A DNA stretch of 64,000 nt from positions 2,480,001 to 2,544,000 of the forward strand of contig CM120645.1 of assembly GCA_051362555.1 (NCBI GenBank), in the 5' to 3' direction. Positions within the stretch are counted from its first letter, which is position 1; every line of letters begins with the position of its first letter. The position numbers and the translations under genes are program-made. Below are positions 12,186 to 23,878 of this stretch, piece by piece. This DNA is from Lingula anatina. Lineage: Eukaryota > Animalia > Brachiopoda. A model generated the notes under the pieces. It made no database searches. It saw only the letters and a program-made list of their open reading frames with translations, and had not been told where the DNA came from.

Positions 12186-15137
12186 TTAGATTTTCTCACA
12201 AGTTTGTGGCCATATTGAAAATGCTTTTAAAAAATCTTGAAATACCAACCAAGCTTATGAATCAAGCTAAAAATGCAAGAATGAAACAAGATATAAAACA
12301 AGATATATAAAATAGAAACTGAAGTGAAGAATTTTGAAAGGATTGTCATTTGACACATACAGAAAACTGATACAAATCTTTAATAAAATGCTGTCTAGAT
12401 TAGTATATCAATAATTAATTATAAGTAAAATATGTCTTTTTAAAATAAATATATTAATCCTCATCATTCTTACCTAGACTTTACTGAACTTCCCAAGTAA
12501 TAAACTAAACTGTGTTTATTATCACGCATGTCCATGGCCAGGCTCTGGTGCATTCTTTGCAGGTGGGAAAAGTGGCTTCCAAAGGCACACCTATAGTAAA
12601 TAAATCTCAAGAGATCAAATTAATATTCGTTCAAAGGTAATTGTTTTGCTCCAGTTGTAATTTGAAAATCTGCAACTGTTATGATCTACTGTTGAAAAAA
12701 GAAATCAAATGAGAATATGGTGATAAGACCTTGTCTGAACAAATGCTCCCATTTAATTATGAAGTACTTGTTTGTACACATTTTTGCAGTGTTGTTCATC
12801 TTTTGTTTCAAAATGACATTGTACTTTTTGTTTCTGACAATAATATTGTGAACACAAGCATTGAATTTGATTGATGCATGTAGCCATCCACTAGTTTCTG
12901 AAGCGTGTATATATATAAGGTTAGAGATTATCATAACAATATGAAATATCACATTCATCAAGACATTTAAATATCTAGAATTATAAATTGTTTGTTACTT
13001 ACAAAACATTGACAAACCTTAATACAAATAGTAATTTACTTCTTATATTTCAAATCTTGAACATCTGAAATCTGCAGGATTCCTATATATATAGCCTCAT
13101 AAAGTCCTATAGGAGATCCTATAGATCATTTTTATAAGAGAGTATATCTTGTACTTGTATATTAGTCCTTAATTGTTCTTAAATTTTGTCACAAAAGATG
13201 TACCTTCAAAACTAATACAGACACTTAACTTTCTTTTTCTACCTACCTAGACGTAGGTTAACTTTTCCAGAAGAACAATGTAATATAAATTGAAGTGTTT
13301 ATCACCACAACATGAAGTTTGATGTGACTGTTACCAAGCACCAGAAGCACTGCTGCATATTTTTGCGGGACAGTAGAAAAAATGGCTTCCACAGACACAG
13401 AGCTATGGCAAATAAACGTCATGTGACTGAGTCAATATACCTAAGTTAACCAAATGCATTGTTTTGCCTCAGCTGAAGTGCAGTCATAACATGTGATTGG
13501 TACCAAGGCACTGTTTGCATTTTTTAAGGGAGGGGGGGGGGGGGGAGGATAAAGATGAAATACTATACCATTGCATTTCTAGTCAGGTTTTGTGGCCATT
13601 GTTTAACATAATTACTTTCTTAATATGCATCTTTTAAGTTAACTTTTTCCTCTCAAGAGTTAAAACTTGTGTTGCGTAAAAGTTGAATCCCCACAAATTT
13701 TGTCTGTGTCTGAAAAACAGTTATGCTTACTTCTTATATGGAAGACTAATTATAAGAAGAACAAGACGGAATCTGACTGACAGTATGACTATGGGATATA
13801 ACAGGTAATGGACTGCAGCTGCAAAAGTGTACCTTTCACCATGAAACTTTCACATACCTAGATCAAATTTTACCCAGAGCAGACTTTTTTCTGTTTCATT
13901 TGAACCCCCCCCCCCAACCCCCTTGGGTATGTGAACCTGATAATTAACATTAAAATAAGCCTTGATAGATTTCTTACCTGTGATAAACCTCAGATAACTT
14001 GGAAACTTATTTCTCCTTCTCCTTAAATAGTAATTGCTGTTTGTGATCACCGGGACTTGATTCAGATTTGAAAACTATATATATATATATATCAGTCATT
14101 CTTTGCTAGTGGTGCACTGCAGGGGGGCCATAACAAGAATGTTATTTAAATTTAGATAGCCAACCAAATTCTCATGACATCGTTGTGTATGTTTCAATAA
14201 CAAATCAAAGAAGCTGCATGAGCAAGGAGGATGTTGTTATAAAAGCAAAAAAATAGAAAAAGCAGAAAATATATCGAAATAACCCTCAAAATGGCGTCCT
14301 TTTTTGTGGAATTTTGACCCTACCTCTATTTAAGAACAGTTTGTTTAGGGTTTGAATGGATTATTGAAGCAGGAAATACATCTACTGCAAGAAGATATAA
14401 TAAACAGAATGTGCAAATTGTTATTTAAATAAAAATTTATTTGAAGTCACTGAAAAATGATCACAAAATTAGCTTAACTTACGATACATGCGGTGTCCCA
14501 CCCCGATGAAAATTTCATCTAATCCTATCTTTCCGTATTAAAACTGTTCAATCGTCCAAAGTAGTATGTCGGTTAGTTTGTGTCACGAAGTCCATGATAA
14601 TATCAGTTTTCTTAAGAATTTCACATTTATTGCTCAGCAAGGTCGATTTTTCTTCACCGCGTCCCAATATAACGTTCGCAACGCTGAAACTTCAGAGATC
14701 GATTTTTATCAGACGACTTTAAAATGCCGCGTGAAAATTATACATCGATAGCGATCTTCTTCCATACTCACTAACTGATGACGTCTTACACACGAATGGC
14801 TTCTTTTGCACACTAAAAAAACCAGCTCAAACTGGCGGGTGGCCCATTCTGATAACATGTTACGCAATGACGCTGTCGAGATAGGATGCAGGGCACAGGT
14901 GAAATTCCCTCGATTTAACCGTCACAGGATTGTTTATTGGGATCTTCTTTGTATGAAGGTGAGAAATAATGAGTTTCGTTTCATTTTTCTTCAATTGTTT
15001 CAACATATTTGTGTACCGATTGATTTTTACCATTCTATAAGTAGGGTGACTTCGTCTGAACTTTCGTTTTGCGTCTGTTTCACATGGGGGACTAAAGGTC
15101 ATATTGAACATGGTGACGCGGTGATACCGTATTCATG

Positions 15138-16072
15138 CACGCTCGGCTGTCACCTTGATTGGATAGTAAACGATTGTCGTAAAATCGCTAAATGATATTA
15201 AAACCGGGTGCATAAACTTGAAAACCACCTACAACAACCTTGGACTGCCACATTAATCCAATACAATGCAAACATAAACTATAACAAGTGGTTAAAGCCT
15301 TCAAACCGAATGTCGTAAAGTCCCCATATACCTCCATAGAGACAATAAAATAGAAGAAGCTTCTGAAACAAACCTGATCCAGTTCCAACAGAATAATCGA
15401 AATAAAATACTGCCGGGCATCGGAGCGGCCTAAAACTTGGCACGCTTACCGCTAATACTGCAGGCTACATCATCCCGTCGCTCGTTTGTAAATTCCTTGC
15501 ATGGCATACGCACAATCAAACCGTAAAAAACAAATTCTCGGGGTGTCGTTGGCTAGGTCCACTCAACAATCCAATTCAGGAAATGACGTAACCGCAGAGG
15601 TCGCATTGTCCAATGGCATGGCTTCTTTTTCGTAATGGTAGGTTAGAGTGGACCTGGCCAACGACACCCCGAGAATTGGTTTTTTACGGTTTGATTGTGC
15701 GTATGCCATGCACGGAATTTACAAACGAGCGACGGGATGATGTAGCCTGCAGTATTAGCGGTAAGCGTGCCAAGTTTTAGGCCGCTCCGATGCCCGGCAG
15801 TATTTTATTTCGATTATTCTGTTGGAACTGGATCAGGTTTGTTTCAGAAGCTTCTTCTATTTTATTGTCTCTATGGAGGTATATGGGGACTTTACGACAT
15901 TCGGTTTGAAGGCTTTAACCACTTGTTATAGTTTATTTTTGCATTGTATTGGATTAATGTGGTAGTCCAAGGTTGTTGTAGGTGGTTTTCAAGTTTATGC
16001 ACCCGGTTTTAATATCATTTAGCGATTTTACGACAATCGTTTACTATCCAATCAAGGTGACAGCCGAGCGTG
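15138..16072. mobile_element. Fold-back non-autonomous DNA transposon: 427-bp inverted arms, 81-bp spacer, 8-bp TSD TATTCATG
   Basis: Arms 15138-15564 and 15646-16072 are reverse complements with about 5 mismatches by eye. TATTCATG at 15130-15137 and 16073-16080. Termini CACGCTCGGCTG..CAGCCGAGCGTG. Confidence 0.92.
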
Positions 16073-17518
16073 TATTCATGTTCTCTTGTTCTCGAAAACT
16101 CAATCATCGAAATTGAATTACTTTTTTTTAGTTTTGTCTTAAATTAAGCTGCTACACTGTATTCCGTGCGTTTAAAATTTAACCGTCTGTAAAAACAGCA
16201 ATAATGGATTACTAGCAACACTTAAGTTACGCAATGAAGCACCGAAAATGGGTGAAGAAAATGTGTCTCAGTAATGCGTGTTTGCCACTCATAATGCACT
16301 GTACTTTGTTTGAATAAGCAATAAACTATTTGTGATCTTAGGTTATTCATTGTTCGTTATCAGAGTTAACAGATTCTTTGTGTGATTTTTTTCAGAATCC
16401 CAAGAGTGGATGCCTTAGTGAGCACAGAACAGATATCACCATTGGTCTACATATGTCAGGAAGAATGTTATAATTACGAACTTTGTGTTACACTGAACTT
16501 CATTTTGTTAAATTTTGTATTTAACTGAACTTTATTGTGTTAAAATAATAATAATAAAATAATAGTTCTGATAAAAAACTACAATCTGGAACATTCTTTA
16601 GATCAACTTTGTTCAGTGTGTGTCCCATATGACAGAGTTACTGTAAATAAAATATGTGCATTATTCCTCTGTGTTTGTCAATTCCATTTTAAAAGCATGT
16701 GAAAGTGGTGTGCCCCTCATGAATGAAGTGTGTATGGATAATAGCAAAAATATTGTTATTATTTACATGATTATAAAAAGTTTTTGTACCCGCGTCAATA
16801 ACGTTACCGTGACCCACATATTCACCATTTTTATTAATTATGAAATGTGGATTAAATTCTTCAAAACCAGTTTTGAAGCATTGAGACAACACCCCCTTAT
16901 GATTTAAACTAAAACTGAAAACATTCCATTAGACTTTCATTAGTTTGTGCAAAATATATTACCCAGGGTAACGCGTCTTGGATTTGGTGGGTATAGCTGT
17001 TCAACTCTCCTGTGTGCCCTAAAAAGGGCAGCTGCTGTTTCCCTTTTTATGAAATGATAAACTGTGATGGTGTAGCTATCACATAGCAAAATTACAGCTT
17101 CCCAGAGAAAGTTTGAAATTTTCGGTCAAATTCAACATTTTGTAACCACTAGCAAAGAATGACAGATATATATATATACAACTGTGCAATTTCTGTGTAC
17201 GGCACTGAAAAACCCCCCAAAAATTAGCTAAGTCAGTGACAGCAGTATTTCGTAAGGCAAGCACATGTTTTATATTTCCCTTCTATATACGAACACAAGT
17301 AGATATAAGTTTGCTTTGGGCTTAGTGGGGCATACAGGCCTTGTCCTACAAAAAGGCAGGGATAATATTGATTTTGCTGCTGTTGTGTATACTACAATTA
17401 GTGCTTTTTTTCTTTCACTTTTGTTATGATCTTTAGGAACATACAGTATCAACTCAATGAAGAGGAAGTAAAATGATTGAGTCTAAAGTACAAAAATAAA
17501 GCCTACATCCATGTGATG

Positions 17519-17653
17519 CACCCTGAGCTTCAGAGCTAACTTGACACTAACCTTTTCACTGTAGCCTATCTCCATCGTGTCAAGTAACTTGACACGATGG
17601 AGATAGGCTACAGTGAAAAGGTTAGTGTCAAGTTAGCTCTGAAGCTCAGGGTG
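17519..17653. mobile_element. 135-bp perfectly palindromic MITE with 8-bp TSD ATGTGATG
   Basis: 67-bp arms around a single central A (17586). ATGTGATG at 17511-17518 and 17654-17661. Termini CACCCTGAGCT..AGCTCAGGGTG. Confidence 0.92.
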
Positions 17654-18556
17654 ATGTGATGTTAAGCTAGCAGTTTTTGTTTTCTTACTTTCTTTCTTTA
17701 GTTGGTGTCATGTCCATTCATCGGTCTTAGTGTAGCAGGGTACTTAAACTGAACAACACCGTCCATGCATGGTCTTAATCATTTAATGGCAGATCACGAA
17801 GTACATCTCAAATATCGCAAGATTACACTTCATTGTATAAGCCATGTGTCATGTGTATATAAACAACATGAGTACACTATACCCCTTTTTCCTTTGTCTG
17901 AAAGTCTAAAAAAGATTTTGCTGCAGTCAAAACAAGTCAATGAACACTTCCATAAGTCTCTGACAGCTCTTGTTCTTAATATCTCTTATGTAATAATACT
18001 TCTATGCGAAGAGAATTGTCTTTAGATCAATTTAAAACCCTGTTAACCTGATAAACATGTACAGTAAATAATTAAACACCATCATAACTACCAGTATAAA
18101 TTTTAACTCAAATACCACATGCAAATTACCACTAAACAATGCAACATTGAAACTCTCAATTAATGCAACAGTCTATTTATGCATTGCTCTTTACAAACAA
18201 TAAAAAGGAACAGTTTATTTCATTTTACTTCATTTCATTCACAAGTAGATCAGTGAAAGAAGAAAAGAAAACATCCAGGAGTAATTAAATCAGTCTCTCA
18301 AACTTTTTGCATTCATGAGTAGTTGTGCATAATGAAACCGTCTTATTTCAACAATCACCTGAGATAATGTTTTTCTCAGATGTGGATGCCAATATTGCTA
18401 ACTATTTGTCAGAATCCATTCCTGGATCACTAGCATTTGCATTAGGAATAATCTCTGAACTATTCGGAATCATTGAACTGAACTGAGTCTCTGAAAGCTG
18501 TTTCTCTCCCTTATAATCATTTTCAGCATCCTCATAGTAGTGTCAGAATACTGAAT

Positions 18557-18700
18557 CAGTGGCAGATTTAGAAGGTGGGGGGGGGGGGGGGGGGGGTCAG
18601 GGAGTCCTAGGTGATGGACGGTTTTGCATCCGAGGACTAGGCCTGTTATCTGGACATCCTCCCCCCCCCCCCCTTTAAATAATCCTGGATCCGCCCCCTG
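18557..18700. mobile_element. Small MITE with CAGTGGC(G)GATCC-type termini and poly-G/poly-C sub-terminal tracts
   Basis: CAGTGGCAGATTTAGAAG-(G)n at left and (C)n..CCTGGATCCGCCCCCTG at right. Imperfect TIR. Confidence 0.55.
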
Positions 18701-18704
18701 CTCA

Positions 18705-19440
18705 GTGCAACTGGTCTATGTGAGTTTCCATACACACCTATCCTGAATACTGACTGTATATCTTTGGTGTGATGCTTTTTCACTGACTGTGCCTAAATAT
18801 AAACTCCTAACTCATTATTTGAGGATAATTGTTAATGACAGCTTGCAGTGGAACTCCACACCTACTAAACAAGTCTCTCATGCCACTCTATCCACTTTGA
18901 GTATGCATTAAGAACAATAAGAAATTAAATAATTTCCATTTTTTCTAGGTGAACGTGTATATATGGCCGTATTTACCCATACCTTGTAGTCTCCACACAG
19001 TCTCACAGCTCCATCAGTTTTAGGGACACAAACTGGTGTTGCCCAATTACTGAAGTCAACTGGATAAATGATTCCCTCTTCCTGCATTCTGTTAAGTTCC
19101 TTTTCAGCTGCATTTCTTAATGCATAGGGAACTGGTCATGCGCTGTATGAAAAATGGGAATTGCGTCCTCCTTAACATATGTAGTGTGTGCACATCCTAA
19201 TCCAGTTTGGAAAATATCACTGTTACAAGTTCTCTTTTAATTCTGACACGTACTGGATTCATGTTCACAGCTTTCACTACTTGATACTAGGAAAATAATT
19301 CTGTCCAGTCTAATCTGAGAACTGTCATCCATTCAAGTCCCTGCAATATAGGTGTATAACACTTGAAATCTCTATGACTAATAAACAGTGGCAACTTGTC
19401 CCTTTGCTCTTTGTAGCTGACCTCCACCGAAACCAGAGTA
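18705..19440 (-). pseudogene. Degenerate Gypsy (Mag/K02A2.6-like) pol relic: post-protease region, RT N-terminus and integrase tail fragments
   Basis: Minus-strand translations with frameshifts and stops: VEVSYKEQRDKLPLFI..GLEWMTVLRLDW, VKEDAIPIF..PVPYALRNAAEKELNRMQEEGIIYPVDFSNWATP..VPKTDGAVRLCGDYKV, and WK..HIDQL near 18710-18735. Confidence 0.75.
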
Positions 19441-19798
19441 TAGACATCATGTAACTTGTGTTTATAGTTGATTGCAATGGGATTCTGAGAAAGTCTTATA
19501 GTCTCTGACAGCCTTACTGTATTTCAACCCGTTGGACCTATTATAATATTTAATTGAAATGGAACTTGTCTTGCTGATTATACATGCCTTTAAAAATGAT
19601 AGGCTGTCGACATACTGCTCCAGCAGCACTGGCAAATACTTACATTTGGGGTGCAGCATACCAAATTTCCAAGTAAAACGCACGTGTACTGCTGACAACT
19701 ACGTACTGTACAGTACCTCAGTTGGGTTAAAAAGAAGTTAGTTTGTTAAGTATATTTGCATATATATACTTCGTTAAATAGTTTGAACTTTGTTCTAT

Positions 19799-20212
19799 GA
19801 GCACATTCAGAACAGCAGACTAACAGATTTGCGGATCAAATATGGCCTACCCACTTGAATACTTGCTGCATAATCCCTGCAGGGAATCTGTCCAGTATCT
19901 AATTGGGAATTAAGCCACAAGTTTTTTAGGGGGTCGCCATATTTGTTTTATAGATCTATAACACTCCATTTCCATAGATTTTTAGATAGATCTATCCCTG
20001 TGGGGAGTCTCACTAGATTACTGTCAGCTTAGCCGGCTTAAGCTTCTGTCCCGCCTACTAAAAGCTGTAAGGGGGTAATTAACTATGGTGCCCGCTCGGT
20101 TGACTGCAATTTAGCGTGAACCCCCAGGGAGTTAGGTCGATCTAAAACTTAATCTTTAGATCGATCTAAATCTCTGGGAAAGCACCCTAAGTCTGCTGTT
20201 CTGAATACGCTC
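19799..20212. mobile_element. Nested MITEs: outer element related to the 12011 family, inner (~19961-20188) AGATCGATCT-type element
   Basis: Outer TIR GAGCACATTCAGAACAGCAGACT / AGTCTGCTGTTCTGAATACGCTC. Core CAAATATGGCC.ACCCACTTGAATACTT is shared with 12049-12076. The inner element ends TAGATCGATCTAAATCTCTGGGAAAGCACCCT, with a degenerate left counterpart. Confidence 0.6.
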
Positions 20213-21067
20213 TATAATTTTTAATATACTTTAATTTGAATCAAGCACAAAAACAAATTGACATTTTAAAGCTTTAAAATATTGAAATATTTCAATTAAA
20301 TTTGCTACTGATTTGACCAGTGGATGTCAGAAAAACTACGGTTAAACTACTGTATTTATGAACTATCTTTATTACCTGTGTCAGAACCAGTAGAAGGAGA
20401 TGGGGAAATTTAAAAAATACAGGAATAGTTCATTTCACGAGATCAAGTTTTCTATATTATTTCATTTTTGTCAGGAGAATAATGAAAAAGCTGTGATGAT
20501 CATTGTTTCGATTTATATTTTGAATATTTATTGATTGCAGCACACAAAAAGTAACATTGCTAAAATCAAGTATTTAATCAGTTTTGAAGAAAAAAATAAA
20601 AAAAAAAACAGTGAATCTAAAATGTCAGAATATATGGAGTGTCAGAATGTTACGTAAGTACTAAATAATAAATTCTTTAAAAAAAACATATTAAGTGATT
20701 AAAAGTAACCTTCCTTTGCTATCCAATAAACAGTTTTCACCTATTAATAATTTTGACTAGGAGAAAAATAAGTGAATTATGAAGAGAACTGTTTTCAAAT
20801 ATATATTTACGTACTTACTTAAGGTACCTCACAAATATGTTACAATTTTTTAATAAATAACATTGATAAAACTCAGCTTTTTTTGTATTTTAATAATAGT
20901 TCTCACATACCTAGTAACACAAAAATGCTGAACAGACCAAGCTATACAGAACCATATCTTTCTGAAAGGTTACATATCTAGGACTTTTATGCCCAAGCAA
21001 ATTTTTCTCCAAGAAAAACTCATTTCTCTCACTCAGGAATATTTGCTTAACCCATCACTTTACTTAA

Positions 21068-21260
21068 GCCCCTTTCCTTTCCGGCGTCCTTTCTGCGTCC
21101 AGCAGAGAGTTAAAAAATTATAATGCTTTACGTGCCGACAACTGGCCGATCATTGAGCATTCATTCTGATAAAAAATTAATGCTCGTCCCTCCTTATTAA
21201 GACCACAGCGATGCCAAATTTCATGGTCGCAGAAAGGACGCCGTCCAATGTAAAGGGGGC
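21068..21260. mobile_element. Harbinger-like MITE
   Basis: Imperfect TIR GCCCCTTTCC..CGGCGTCCTTTCTGCG / CGCAGAAAGGACGCCG..AAAGGGGGC. Confidence 0.6.
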
Positions 21261-21264
21261 ATTA

Positions 21265-21659
21265 GGCTGCGTTCACATGAAAAATCTAAATTCTAATTCT
21301 GATGCCTGGACAGAGGCGCATTAGTATTTCTAAACTGTGGAGTTCATCAGTTTGCACTTATATCTGTTGTGTGTAAATGGACCTCATCTTCTTCGTCTTG
21401 TTGTTGCACAAAATCCACAAAGACATTTTTCAAAGCAACCCGCAGCTGCCATTTACTTTCTCTCCTTCCTACTGTGCATGCATCCAGGTTTCAGAATCTC
21501 CTCTGAGCACAGCCAAGAATTAATAACAGCTTTGGAAGTAACTCGCTCGCGCTACTAGTAATTACACTCAGGGTATTCAGGGCACAGACCGTGATCACTA
21601 GATACCGCCAATAGATTTTTATATTTTTAGAATTTAAATTTTTTCATGTGAACGCAGCC
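21265..21659. mobile_element. Harbinger/Tourist-like MITE with TTA TSD
   Basis: TIR GGCTGCGTTCACATGAAAAA..AAATTCTAA / TTAGAATTT..TTTTTCATGTGAACGCAGCC, with TTA on both flanks. Confidence 0.85.
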
Positions 21660-22406
21660 TTAGATTCAGAATTTCTTCTCTAACCTGGAATAATCTTTAA
21701 ATTCTGAGTAGGTCAAACGGTTACATATCTTTCTTAATGTATTAGTGAAACATGGAATCATTTAGTCAAGAAACATAAACTTGTTGACTCAAGTGGTAGA
21801 ATGCATTATTAATTAACAATGAATTGTGTAACAAGGCTCACCGTGTAAGAAGTAAGTCACCCTTATAAAATTAATTTCAATTATCATATTTGCAAAATTA
21901 TTGGCTATTGCCACATATTATCAATTAGATGGCATGTATTAACATGAAATCATTTAGCAAATAAGCTAATTATCGACTTGTTATAATACATTTCACTCAA
22001 TAAGGGAGCATTTCCAGATCATATTGTATACGTACTAACTTTGGATCAAACTACCGGTATCTCCCTAAATTGCAATCAACTTAAGCATCTTAGATGTCTG
22101 TCATGCCTGCTGAAGCTGATAGGGGTAATTAACTATCCTTTAGCAGCTTTAGTAAACATGCCATACATCTAAACTGCTTATAAGCTCAAACCCCTTAATT
22201 GGAGATGGACCAATCCTGTTAGATCGATCTAGGTATGGGAACCCAGTCTAAATTGGGTAACAATTAATATTCAAGAACTTGTTAGAATTTACATATATGT
22301 GCCTCGATAAAATTATTTACAATTATCATATTACAAAATTAGTGGTTGAAGAGGTCAGCTTAATCTAGTAAACTCTATAATTTTTAATGCATGCAGAACA
22401 AACTCC

Positions 22407-22583
22407 ATGGACCTTTCCACAGATAATAACATGCATGAGCGGTTAACCTATTTCTGGAAGCTGCACATACGTATGCATTTACTGACTGGAAATGGCAGTG
22501 CAGTTATATCTAGTCTAGACTAGAATGCAGTACGCATATAACACAGTTGGCACATGCATTTCATTATCTGTGGAACAGTCCAT
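22407..22583. mobile_element. Small MITE-like inverted repeat
   Basis: ATGGACCTTTCCACAGATAATAACATGCATG / CATGCATTTCATTATCTGTGGAACAGTCCAT imperfect TIRs. Confidence 0.55.
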
Positions 22584-23630
22584 TGCTAGCTATACATATT
22601 TACATGTATTTACATATGGAACGGTCCATTACTAGCCGTGCATATTTACACATATTTTCACATTTTTAACTTCCCATCCTTTCCATGTGTTGGTCTGTTT
22701 TTGAGCAGATATGATGACAACAGACGATTGTACACAAACATATGGCCAATAATTCAGTTACACAAGGTGAAGTAAAGGTCAGAAAAGATCATTAAAATGC
22801 AAGGTCATATGATCAAATCTCTTTGGTTCCGCGCATCCTCCAGCATCCCCAGGGCCCCCAGTCCCTCTTCCAGTGTCAGACGTGGCATTACTGAACTTTT
22901 TTGTCATGTGTCATACTGGATTTGGTGACTACCTTAAATAGGTTTAATTAATCACCATATATTGAACCTGATTAATTCACACCAATCACGAGACAGGAAA
23001 AACACATGATTTTGTAATAGCTGGTCACCAAATCACTGAAGCGGAAATTTTTTTAACATCCGAGTGGTCAGCCCACTCTCTTATGACCAAACACGTGCAT
23101 TTGTACTTGTTTAAATGGTTGGAATCGGTTCTGGGTAAAAAAAAATACAAGCAAGTTTTCTGATGCGTTTTCATTGATTGTCAGTATATATATTGTAGAG
23201 ACTATAATACCTCCCTACCAGTATGTACAGTGTATCACATCTTTCTTCAACATGTCAGACAATACATAAAATTGGTCAGTTCCATATAATCTATGCCTAC
23301 ATTTTGAATTTGGGACATGAGTGTCAATTTCAGTTAGTTTGGTCTGTCTGCTTATTTGTCCATGCTTTTGCCCATATTTCTTAACCTTTGTTCAGTCTTT
23401 GCTGTAACTGCTAGTGTTCTGGATGAGGTTGTCAATGAGTAATATGTTGAGAAAGAGAATACACATCACTTGTCATCACTTCTTCAAATCTCAATGTTTG
23501 TCTACGCTTGACTACTGCAGTGTCTCTATTCATGACCACACCTCTTCTAAGTTAATATATTCCACATTCTGTCTGAAAAGCCATTTAGGCATTTGGAACT
23601 GTGTTGTTCACTTTTCTTTTTAGATATTCC

Positions 23631-23878
23631 TTAGTATTTGATTAGCTCAAGAAGATCATACCGCTCATGCTCCACAAAAAACTGACATAGAATTCCAAAT
23701 GTCTTGTCAGGTTTCTTAGTCAGGAAGTCCAAGCACACTGCAGTTTTATCAGGAGATGCCTTTATCCACTCAGATTCACGGTCTGAAAAGATGCCCTCCT
23801 GGAAAAGGAGATCGATCATGTCATAGAGATCCTGGTCTGTGATGTTTTGCTTCAGCGTATCTTTGTTCTTGTTGACTA
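23631..23878 (-). CDS. Terminal CARD-like exon of ROCO copy 2
   Basis: VVNKNKDTLKQNITDQDLYDMIDLLFQEGIFSDRESEWIKASPDKTAVCLDFLTKKPDKTFGILCQFFVEHERYDLLELIKY*. Confidence 0.75.

Noticed and set aside
14566-15388. Short ORFs beside and within the fold-back element as a transposase
   Set aside because: No recognisable DDE, zinc-finger or HTH motifs, and lengths are within chance expectation.
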